A stretch of DNA of 63,926 nt, counting the filler, from Octopus bimaculoides (taxonomy: Eukaryota), in the NCBI RefSeq assembly GCF_001194135.2. It is 5 parts of 5 records of this genome, joined end to end, with 100 filler letters (N's around TTAATTAATTAA, not from the genome) between each part and the next. Parts side by side here need not be neighbours in the genome. Positions count along the whole stretch, not along the records: positions 28,947 to 53,420 come from NC_068998.1; positions 53,521 to 63,926 come from NC_068987.1; 3 more parts are not named here. The stretch is one strand, 5' to 3'. The translations under genes were made by a program, and so were the position numbers. This document shows, one piece after another, positions 51,411 through 61,822 of the stretch (positions are counted from its first letter, which is position 1; every line of letters starts with the position of its first letter). The notes under the pieces are model-generated. The model was not told the DNA's origin. It was given only the letters and a program-made list of their open reading frames with translations, and searched no databases.

Positions 51411-51754
51411 GTCAGTGCCACTGGACTGGCTCCTGTGCAGGTGGCACATAAAATACACCATTTCGAGCATGGCCGTTGCCAGCACCGCCTGACTGGCCTT
51501 CGTGCCAGTGGCAGGTAAAAGCACCCACTACACTCTCGGAGTGGTTGGCGTTAGGAAGGGCTATAGTATAAGATTAAAACAACCTCTTAGCATACTAATA
51601 CCAGTAATGTAAATGTTTTACCAAAGGCAAACAGCTGTAGAAACTCTGCCAGATCAGATTGGAGCCTGGTGTAGCCCCCTGGTTCACCAGTCCTCAGTCA
51701 AATCGTCCAACCCATGCTAGCATGGAAAGCGGATGTTAAACGATGATGATGATG
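51411..51754 (+). mobile_element. RTE LINE 3' UTR fragment interrupted by a 76-bp foreign insert
   Basis: Matches the RTE 3' UTR on both sides of 51560-51635 and ends in gatgatgatgatgac. Confidence 0.85.
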
Positions 51755-52934
51755 ACCTTTATTGTTGTTCATTCCACATCGCCTCGAATTTTGATAACAC
51801 CAATTCTGGTTGTGTCCCACATCCCACATTTTTTATTCAGTATGCTTTACTATCCGTGTGTGTGTGTGTGTGCGTGCGTGTGTGCGTGCGTGTGTGCGTG
51901 CGTGTGTGTGTTGCTCAACACTACATCACTCGTGGACCTCAAGTCTAATTCAAGATCAGAATATGTCTTTCATTGGGGCTTTCTTGTCCACAGTTTTGGG
52001 CCAGCTTTACAGTTTGCCAGCCAATATGCAGGATGATTTTACTAGACACCACTTGTGAGGATGGCCATTGGCTTGTAATGAGCTCACCCATCCTTTGTCA
52101 GAGTGTCCACAACACTCTACTCACCTGGCAAGCCGGGTGGAGGAACCAGTTTGGTTGTTGACCACCTGAATGCTTTGTGTTTATTCTCTTGGTCTCTCTT
52201 TTTATGGGGACTTAAACACACCAACATCAGTTGTCAAGTGATGGTGGGGGACAAACACATATACATCTATCTATCTATATATATATCATCCTTTAATATC
52301 TGCTTTCTATGATGGTATGGGTCACACACACACGACAGGCTTCTCTTTCAGCTTCCGTCACTAGGCTTTGATTGGCCCAAGGCTAGAATAGAAGACACTC
52401 ACCCAAGGTGCCACACAGTGGAATTGAACCAAAAAACAAGTGGTTGGAAAGCAAGCTTCTTTCCACACAGCCACGCCTGTGCCTACAGTTATTAGTAATT
52501 TTTTCTTTTATTTCCTTCCATAAAGAGGGAATAAAAGCAATATGAACATCAATGTGAACAGAGGCCAGTTAAATACCAGAAATGTACAATAAAGCATCCA
52601 GCCTGCTGCTGTCTTTCTCTCCCTCCGTTTTAATATCTCAAACACTTCAAATTCCACCATGACAAACTCACATTAACAGATCATTCCTAACAACCTTCTA
52701 GCAGGAAAAGGAAAATAACAGTAAAGTAAAACAGGACATAAAATGAACAATTAAATGTGTCGAATAGAGGAGATAAAGTGAAGGGACTGGAGTTAGAGTT
52801 GGAGAGGTGATGGGTTTTGTTGTTGGTACCTTAACGCTAATGATTACATAACAATCGTTGAGGTAGTGTAACAAGCTTAACTAATAGCCATCTTAATGTT
52901 GCAGTTGAACTGGTTAGTTGCAGCGTTTTGGTGT

Positions 52935-53009
52935 ATATAGATAGATATACAGACAGATATATATATATGTATATATATATATGCATTCATATATATATAT
53001 ATATATGCA

Positions 53010-53067
<58 letters not shown>

Positions 53068-53420
53068 TTCATATATATATATATATACATGCGTATATAT
53101 ACACACAGATATATACATACATGCACAGATACATATATATATATACATACAAACACACACACATACATATATATACATATATATATATATACATACAAAC
53201 ACACACATATATATACATATACATACAAACACACACACATACATATACATACAAACACACACACATACATATATATACATATATATATATATATATACAT
53301 ACAAACACACACACATACATACATACATATATATATATACACACTCATACAAACAGACAGACAGACACACTTGAAACAAAAATACAGACATGCTTATATA
53401 TATATATATATATATAGGAC
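52935..53420. repeat. Compound (TA)n/(CA)n microsatellite field
   Basis: Direct reading. Dozens of similar fields occur throughout, mostly next to N gaps. Confidence 0.9.
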
Positions 53421-53520
53421 NNNNNNNNNNNNNNNNNNNNNNNNNNNNNNNNNNNNNNNNNNNNTTAATTAATTAANNNNNNNNNNNNNNNNNNNNNNNN
53501 NNNNNNNNNNNNNNNNNNNN

Positions 53521-53552
<32 letters not shown>

Positions 53553-53925
53553 TAGACTAGACTATCTGTGAACTGTTGGGTCACTGATGGTTCAGGTTAT
53601 AAAGAATTGAAGCTGATTTCAACATTGCATTGAATTGAAAGTTAATTTCATGATGATTTGGTTAAATATTTCAATTCGTTTGTGTCATCATAGGTTTGGC
53701 TTACAAGTTTATGTTTAAGGTGTTATTGATTATTTACAGCATCTAATAGAAATAGAACTTCCAAGATAAACTTGAACTCCAGTAACAGCATTTATTTATG
53801 GTATATGTGCATACATCTACAAGAATGCAAAAGGAATTGTAATATAATGTAAACAAAATTAATGAAACAATTTTCACAGTATTATATATTTCCATTATGT
53901 GCCGTTCTGGCTATTTATGAAGTTA

Positions 53926-54295
53926 CCCCCCAAAAAACCACGTATTTTGGGAAGCCGCGGTCTGATTTACACGAGACTTGTTTTATTCCATTTGTTTTCA
54001 CATTTCAGGGGTACCTCATTTTCAGAGTATTTTCCCATTATGCACCAGTTTGACTGTATTAAATCACAGATAAGCCTACACGCAAGCAAGCAATCACAGA
54101 GTTTAAGTAGTACCCCTAAAAATGTGTATCTTGGGAATCCATGGTCCAATTTATGTGAAACTTGTTTTATTCTGTTTGTATTCACATTTCAGGGGTAACT
54201 TACTTTCAGAGTATTTTCCCATTATGTGTTGGTTTGGCTGTATCAGATTAGACAAGCACACACACACAAGCAAGCAATCACAGAGTTTTAGTAGT
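53926..54295. repeat. 184-bp diverged tandem duplication
   Basis: catttcaggggta at 54001 and 54185; caatcacagagttt at 54091 and 54275. Confidence 0.85.
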
Positions 54296-55787
54296 AGTAT
54301 ATATGTGTGTGTAGAGAGAGAGCCAGTTACCCCACATTATATAGGGGCAAGTGAGAGTAATTGGGAAGAAGGTAAAAGAAGGCAGTGATGGAGTTCCAAA
54401 GCAAGCTCCCAAGGTACAAAAAGGTGAGTATAAGTGAGGATATGAACAGTGGCTCATGGGAGAGGAGGAGAAAGTGGTTGCTTTTATAAGAGTGTAAGGG
54501 GAGAGTAACAGATGCATAGCAATGGGGGTAGAGGTGAATGTAGTGATTGATGAACAAAAGTGGAGGTGTGGCTGATAGGAAATATCAGTATGGAGAGACA
54601 TAAGGTGGGAGAGATAGTAGCTCAGGAAGTATAGATCTGAAGTAGGGGAATGATATGCAAGGCATGAGGGGATAAATGTAGGGTGCATAAGGGTGACTAC
54701 AGTGAGTGGGCATGTTATTAACTCTGGGAGAGCATTACAGGAAAACAGCACAACAAATCAATTATAATCCTGCTTTGCATCTGACTGACCTCACAGCTTA
54801 ATGATGATGAACAATTGATATGATAGAAAATCACAGTAAACCAAGATAATGTAACAGAATTTAATATTGATTTTTTTTTGCTTATATCCATAGAATTTTG
54901 GGTGATAGACCTCATACCTCCATCCTGCCAACAGAGAGACTAAATAAAGAAACAAACACAAACATCTAAATAGTTTAGACATGTAGAGGAGAAGGAGGGT
55001 TTCAAATTTTTTGCACTTAATGAGGTTACTGAGTTTTTAGAGAGAGTTAAGGCAAGAAATAGTTCTAAAATTCATTTTTAATGGAGAGAAATTGAGATCA
55101 AAGAATTCTTTTCGCTTTACTGTTAATTCATTAACTAATGAGGAAAAAGTTTTTTTTATTTTCATTTGTTACAAAATAGCCTCATTAATTTATTAGGCAA
55201 GAAGATAAGGGGACATAACTATGTTAATTTTTGACAAAATTCTCATCTGACTCTTGAGCCAGATCTGATTATAGGTACCAACCTTGACTTTTAGACAGAC
55301 TACTGAGGACTATTTTATCCAGTGTGTCCTTTCCACTTTAAGATGATACAGTGTGATTTGAGAAAGAAAAAAAGAATTAAGATAACCAGAAATAATTATA
55401 TGATGGGGAAAAAAATGAAAAAGATCAAACAATGACTAATGCAGAACCCATTGTTGGAGAAAGATAATAGTTTTTTTCACCTTCAGGTCAGCCCTACAGG
55501 ATGTGACTTGATGGGGACTTAGCAGTTATTTCTAGCAGATTGATCAATCATGTAGAGATTTCCTTGTTGGCCCCACAATAGTAATAGTAGTTGCTTTTAT
55601 CTTTAGGCAAACTTTGATAGACCAGACATGATCAGAAATGTTCCATATGTGACATCACTTTTTTACAAGAATAGTTAATCAAGGATTAACTTATCCAATG
55701 CAAGATTAGTAGATCTGAGCCACAACATTTAGGCCTCTTTATAGGCTCATTGTTGTCCACCAACAGAAACTGCTTGTTTTTACTTAC

Positions 55788-55947
55788 TTGAAATCTTCAT
55801 TTCTGATGAATTCAACAACAATATCTTTCTCAGGTTGAATCTGTAACATTTTCAATACTAAACATAAAAACGGTGTTGGCTTAATGTTTCCACCATAAAC
55901 TCCACCAATATACTTCAGTTCCATTGCTTTGTCAACCATCAGTTCCG
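55788..55947 (-). CDS. PRPF38A: Internal coding exon (equivalent to exon 2) of pre-mRNA splicing factor 38A
   Basis: Minus strand reads tttatgtatttcAG|CG GAA CTG...GAT TTC AA|GTaagt: 160 nt, phase 1 to phase 2, no stops. Translation (A)ELMVDKAMELKYIGGVYGGNIKPTPFLCLVLKMLQIQPEKDIVVEFIRNEDF(K) matches the PRP38 domain of PRPF38A as I recall it (human AELVVDKAMELRFVGGVYGGNIKPTPFLCLTLKMLQIQPEKDIIVEFIKNEDFK). Missed by the ORF track because it is short. Confidence 0.95.
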
Positions 55948-56111
55948 CTGAAATACATAAATAGTAAATTAGTTGAGTTGGAACCTCTCACTCACAATGG
56001 AAACAAAACAATTTCTTTACTAAACCCCTATAGCCCTTTCCCTCATCATCTAGCATAAAGCTACCTCCTCCAGTGTTAGCAGTCTTGCAAGCTGCATAGC
56101 AACCTCACAAC

Positions 56112-56295
56112 TGCTGGTACCATATAAAAAGCATTCTGTGCACACTGTAAAATGGTTGGCATTAGAAAGGGCATCCAGTTATAGAAACCACATCATAGCA
56201 GACACTGGAGCATGATGCAGTACTTGGGCCCATCAGATGCCATCAAACTGTCCAATGCATGTTTGTATGGAACAGGGAAGTTAAATAACGATGAT
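56112..56295 (+). mobile_element. Old RTE 3' UTR fragment
   Basis: ggttggcattagaaagggcatccag...ttaaataacgatgatg is a diverged version of the same tail. Confidence 0.55.
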
Positions 56296-56982
56296 GTGTA
56301 TGTAGTTGCTGGGATGAGTTCATTGCTGCTGGAAGTGGTTGAAAAAAATATATAGGAGAGAATGTAAAAAGAAGATAAAGACTTTCTAAAAGTTGTTGCA
56401 TATGTTAACAATAAAGGATTTCTTACACTATGCAAAAATTTAACATGGACATATGACACACTGCATAATAACAAAACTTGATGTTAAATGTATTAGATTT
56501 CTTGATGATGGAGAAAATAGTTAAGTAGGATCCATTGAATGAGTAATGTTAATTTGCATGAAAGCTGGAGAATAAAGATGATGAGATACTGAGCAGACAA
56601 TAAAGATATCTGCTATGTGTAAGAAATGGACAAACTAACAATGGATGTGTGATATGAATGGGGGATGAATGCTGAGTGAAAACATAATGTGAGCAACCAA
56701 TAGTTAAAAGGGGTAAAAGTAGTGAGATGAAACAGATGGCACAAAATTGAATAGAAGACTTGCCAATGCTAATATAAAGAAATTTACATTTATTATCAAA
56801 AGCATCATTCCCTTTTTTAATATAGTAAAAACCTTTCTGTAAAATGATTTCTGTTATTTCTTGTAATATGTAAGACACTAATCATGTAAATTTTTGTAGT
56901 TGATTAGCTTCAACGTTAGTTCTGATTGAAGAGAACTATGACCAAAAGCATTCCATTTCTGACCATCATATATTTTTTTTAT

Positions 56983-57100
56983 ATATACGGCCATATCATG
57001 TTGAAAGTACTGGTTCTCGTCCAATCACCGAAGTTAAGCAACATCGAGCCTAGTGAGTACTTAGATGGGTGACCGCTTGGGAAACCTAGGTGCTGTAAGC
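56983..57100 (+). pseudogene. Full-length but decayed 5S rRNA copy
   Basis: atatacggccatatcatgttgaaagtactggttctcgtccaatcaccgaagttaagcaacatcgagcctagtgagtacttagatgggtgaccgcttgggaaacctaggtgctgtaagc follows the metazoan 5S consensus over 118 nt, with box A (aagttaagc) and box C (gatgggtgacc). Many differences are CpG-to-TpG/CpA changes. A TTTT run follows at 57110-57113. Confidence 0.88.
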
Positions 57101-57114
57101 GTCTCACACTTTTA

Positions 57115-57497
57115 GGCGCAGGAGTGGCTGTGTGGTAAGTAGCTTGCTTACCGACCACATGGCTCCAGATTCAGTCCCACTGCGTGGCACCTTGGGACTT
57201 CTACTATAGCCTCGGGCCAACAAAAGCTTTGTGAGTGGATTTGGCAGACGGAAACTGAAGGAAGCCTGTCATATATATATATATATATGTATGTATGTAT
57301 ACATGTATGTGTGTATATGTTTATGTATCTGTGTTTGTTCCCCAACATCGCTTGACAACCAATGCTGGTGTGTTTACATCCCCGTAACTTAGCAGTTCAG
57401 CAAGAGGGAATGATAGAATAAGTACTAAGCTTACAAAGAATAAGTCCTGGGGTCAATTTGCTCGACTAAAGATGGTGCCCCAGCATAGCCCCAGTAA
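57115..57497 (+). mobile_element. SINE family A, full length, directly downstream of the 5S copy
   Basis: Colinear with the other copies and shows many CpG-type changes. Confidence 0.88.
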
Positions 57498-57907
57498 AAT
57501 GATTGAAAGAAGTAAAAGAAATAAAGACTACGTTGCCTAGTGTGTCCTTTTTACACAGTTTCCTGAACCCTACAGTTCAGCAAGAGGCTGAAATATATGC
57601 TAATTAGATGCAAACACATTTTAAAATCATTTTTGTGTTTTCTTCTACAAGGTGACTCAAATATAAACCTACTAACAACTAAAGTTAATAGAGCTTCTTA
57701 ATGTATGTTTGACTTTCTCTCTTTCTATCCTTCCTCTCACTTGTCACATTCTCCCCACAACTTTCATCCACCTCCCCACTAAATCTATGAAACCCTTTAA
57801 ACCCTATTTCCACTTTGGTTGCCATGGCTCAGGGATTCCAGGAGAGCTATTTCCCTCATGTTCATATTGTCAGCTGTTTGAACGACATTTGATACTTGAA
57901 CTTGCTA

Positions 57908-60043
57908 ATAGGATGGGCGAGAATGAAATTCAAAACCAAAAAATCTCGAAGTGTGGCTTTCGTGAAAGGAGTCCAAAAAGAAGTGAAATTCATGATAGGA
58001 GGTGAAGACATAACAGTAAAAGAACAACCAGCAGATAGTACAGAGATTTACTAAATGATAAGAAGCAAAGCAAAGAAACACACGACTTAGTGGAACAAGG
58101 ACTAAAGGCAATTGACAGAACATTACAGGGGAAATTCAAATGTTGGATACTGCAATTTAGACTGTATCCAAGGATAATGTGGCCATTGCAAATGTACAAA
58201 ATAGCCTCAAGTAGAGTAGAAAGGATGGAACAAAGATGCAGTGTGTTTATCAGAAAATGGGTTGGTCTTCCAAAGCCACTGAATACAACTGCACTATATG
58301 GAAAACCCGTGCTGCAATTACCGATAACATCAATCACCGAAGAATATAAAGCAGGAAAGGCGAAGACAGTAATGATGCTAAGGTATTTGGAAAATCAGAA
58401 CATCTGAGAAAACTCTCCAAAGGTACGAACAGGGAAGAAATGGAAAGTGAAAGAGGCAGTAAACAGGGTGATCGGAAAGCTAAGGCACGCCGATATAGTC
58501 GGAGCGACGCAAGAAGCAAGAACTGCTCTAGGGTTGCACAATTTCAAGCCATTTTGCATGAGCAGTGTAAAAGAGATGAAAGAGGCAGTGGTGCACAAAG
58601 TGAGAAAGGAGAAAGAAGGTGAAGTATACATTTGGTGCAATGTAGTCAACAGGGACAGTGCCTGAGATGGGAGGAATACGTAGTCAGTCACAGAATCTCA
58701 TGGAAGGAACTTTGGGCTTGGGAACAAGCAAGGACATCCTTCCTGATCAAGTCTATCGACGATGTTTTACCTTCACTGGCGAATTTAGTCCGGTGGAACA
58801 TACAAACAACTGATGAATGTAGATGCAGAGAGAAAGCAACGGTGAGAGATGTTCTGTCAAACTACAGGCTAGCACTAGACAGATAGACATGGCATCACAA
58901 TCAAGTCCTCGGTGTTATAAGCACAGCACTCAAAGAGAAAATCGAGGGATATACTAGGGGAGAATACCCAAAAGTGGAAAAGCGCAGAAAAATATACTTC
59001 CAGAAGGAGGGAAAAGGATATAAGGCCAGGCCTTCAAATAAAATATACAAGACAGACAGAAGATGGAAGAGATACTGAGAGCTGGCCATGGATTTGAAAA
59101 GATTGTTAATATTTCCACTCATAAAAACAACAAGAAGACTGGACTTAATTCTATGGAACACAGAATGGAGAATTGGAATTTTACTAGAGCTGACAGTACC
59201 ATGGGAAGAGAACACCGTTAATGCAGAGCAACAGAAAGAGAAATGGTATGAGAAATTAATCGAAGAGTGCGGAAAACAGGGATAGACTGTTGAGTACTAC
59301 CACCTAGCAGTGGTGGCTAGAGGCTTTATTGAAAGGAAAATGGCAGCATTATTTAAAAGAAGGTTTGCATTTTTGAGCTCAGAGCTGAGAAAAGTAATAA
59401 GGAAGATACAGGAGACAGTCGACAAAGCTTAAGTGAGAAGACCCAAAATGGCTTTAAAGCCATAACATGCTGACTGGGAAATAGCGTTGCTAGGTGAGGC
59501 TAGTTGACACTTAAGCAGCATCTCCGATTGACAGGTGGGCCAAGGTAGTGGTCTCGTTCATAGCACCTCTCCTCCTGGTTCGAAGGCTTGTACCACCAAA
59601 CAGCTGGTTGGCTCTGGCTGCTGGAACTGAAACAAACATGATACTGTTGGAAGGCAAGTTTAGAGAGAGCACAGGCTAAAACTACACGCCCTTCCCCTCT
59701 ATTGGTCAGTTGAAGTTTTGACAGTGTCAGTGACGGTAGCTGGTGATGGCTGCTACCAGTGAGTATTTAAAGGGAAATTTTGCAGGATGGTCAGTCGCCT
59801 GCTGACATTCATTGACGCTGCATCAAAGAAACCAAAGAACAAAAGAAAAAAGGAGAAAGAAGAAACACACTCAACATCAGAGTTGAAGACACCTCCCCAA
59901 AGGTAGGGGTCCATATGTGGAAAACAGTAGAGGAGTAGGGGCTGAAACTGGACTTGGTTCCTCCTGATGATGTCTTTAACCACTGGATCCTATAAAGGAG
60001 CTGTTGAGGTAGCAAACCATGAAACATGGTTGGAATTCACTCC
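57908..60043 (+). mobile_element. 5'-truncated, decayed HERO-like non-LTR retrotransposon (RT C-terminus, zinc finger, restriction-like endonuclease)
   Basis: Fragments in order: GWARMKFKTKKSRSV (late RT motif); GKFKCWILQFRLYPRIMWPL...RKWVGLPKPLNTTALYG...EEYK; QQGQCLRWE...SWKELW...SFLIKSIDDVLPSLANLVRW; W-HHNQVL; RRLDLILW...LLELTVPWEE...KWYEKL...RGF. The ELTVPWE/RPD-type motif is typical of HERO/R2-superfamily endonucleases. Multiple stops and frameshifts. Bounded by a 40-bp direct repeat. Confidence 0.85.
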
Positions 60044-60372
60044 TGTCAGCTGCTTGGATTACATATGATACTTGAACTTGCTATGCCCTTACTTCTTTGC
60101 AGAATATGACATTCATTTACAACAATTACCTGATGTCAAGACAAGGAGAGAGACACACACACATGGACTTCTTTCAGCTTTCATTAAACAAATCCACTCA
60201 CAAGGCTTTGGTTAGTCTGGGGCTATAGAAGATGCTTGCCCAAGTTACCACATGGTGGGACTGAACACAAAACCATGTGGTTGAGAGAAACATATTACAA
60301 TACATATGTATATAGAAAGAAAGTATTAACAATAACAAAAACCTAATATATCATTTAAAGGGACTTTGAAAT

Positions 60373-61106
60373 CATCATCATCGTTTAACGTCCATTTTCC
60401 ATGCTGGCATGGGTTAGACGGTTTGACTGGTGCAGCCTACTGGCTGCACCAGGCTCCAATCTTTCCAAGGTTTCTACAGCTGGATGCCCTTCCTAACACC
60501 AACCACTCTGAGAGTGTGGTGGGTGCTTTTTACATGTCACTGGCACAGGAGCCAGCCAGGCAGCACTGGCATCAACCACGTTCGGATGGTGCTTTTTACA
60601 TGCCACTAGCATGGGAGCCAGTCAGGGGGCACTGGCATCAACCACACTCGAACAGTGCTTATTATGTGCTACCAGCACGGGTGCTAGTCAGACAGCACTG
60701 GCATCAGCCACAACTACAACTTCACTTGTAGTTGACTCAACAGGTCTTCTCAAGGACAGAATATTGCCTGATGATTTAAGGGTACTTTTAAATGGGCTGG
60801 TTAAGCAACACTGGCATTGGCCATGGCTGCAATCTCACTTTACTTACTGGGTCTTCTCAATCACAGCATACCTCCAAAGGTCTCGGTCTCTTGTCATTGT
60901 CTCTGTGAGGCCCAACATTCCCTGTCTACCTTTTCCACAGGATCCTGCCACTGTTAGGATATGACACTTCTTCACACAGCTGTCCTCATCCATAAGTAGC
61001 ACATGACCATATGAGCACAGTTGTCTCTCTTGTAAACCACATCTGATGCATCTTATGCCTAACTTTTCTCTCAGGGCGCTTACAATCTGTTGTGTATGCA
61101 CATATA
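60373..61106 (-). mobile_element. 5'-truncated RTE-clade LINE (ORF2 C-terminus, 3' UTR, (GAT)n tail) with 8-bp TSD
   Basis: Minus ORF 60844-61101 (ALREKLGIRCIRCGLQERQLCSYGHVLLMDEDSCVKKC...GKGR...MTRDRDLWRYAV) fits the RTE RLRWYGHV..R....GRP..W..DR..WR tail. TTTGAAAT flanks both sides (60365-60372, 61107-61114). Confidence 0.85.
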
Positions 61107-61822
61107 TTTGAAATGCTATTAAACATGTACTGTATATTCCCTCAAATCAGGAAATTTTGTCATCTGGTGGTAATAAAGAGACCTTACAGAAGAAAATAAC
61201 CTCTTGATTTGGAGTTTTAGGAGAGTTTGGTGTTAAATGAGGTCTTGGTGGAGATAAAATTCCTTAAAACCTCTTTGTAACACCTGACAGATTTTAGCAT
61301 GGGTAAAACTTTCAAAGGCAGTTTTATGATTTGTTTAGTGTCTTACAAAAATTAACACTATGAAGAAAAAATGAAAAATTAATAAATATATATGCCAGGG
61401 TTCCCTGAAACATGGAATATATTTCAAGGGTTCCTGAAGAGTAAACAGGGAGAAAAATGCTAATTTAGAATATGAAATAAGAAGTTTGAGTATTCTATGT
61501 ACAGTCTCCTTTGATTTGATGGTATAATATAAAGGTCTTGATTGTAGTGAAATTCATAAAGGAAACACAGATGTATTTAATGCTTTTCTCCCTCAACTTA
61601 GGTTGTTTATGTATAAAAAATTGAACCTTATGCTTTTGAGTTTTTCTAAGATAAATTTGCTCCATATATAGTACAGCTTTACACAACAACTGAAGGAGAT
61701 GAATGATTATACTATACACATTGCATTTTAAAGATATTGGAGTGTAATATAAAATACTGAACTCTAAGCCATTAGCTTTAACATACTAAGTACATAACAC
61801 ATTATAACAAGTCACATTGTAA

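Noticed and set aside
57770-57825. Minus-strand ATG (MATKVEIGFKG...) as PRPF38A exon 1
   Set aside because: No similarity to the conserved MANRT...GTNPQ N-terminus.
59964-60033. Hammerhead-like words near the HERO 3' end (CTGATGA; CTGTTGA-GGT-agcaa-ACC-at-GAAAC)
   Set aside because: The core is mutated, there are extra bases before GAAA, the site is GUU, and there is no stem I.
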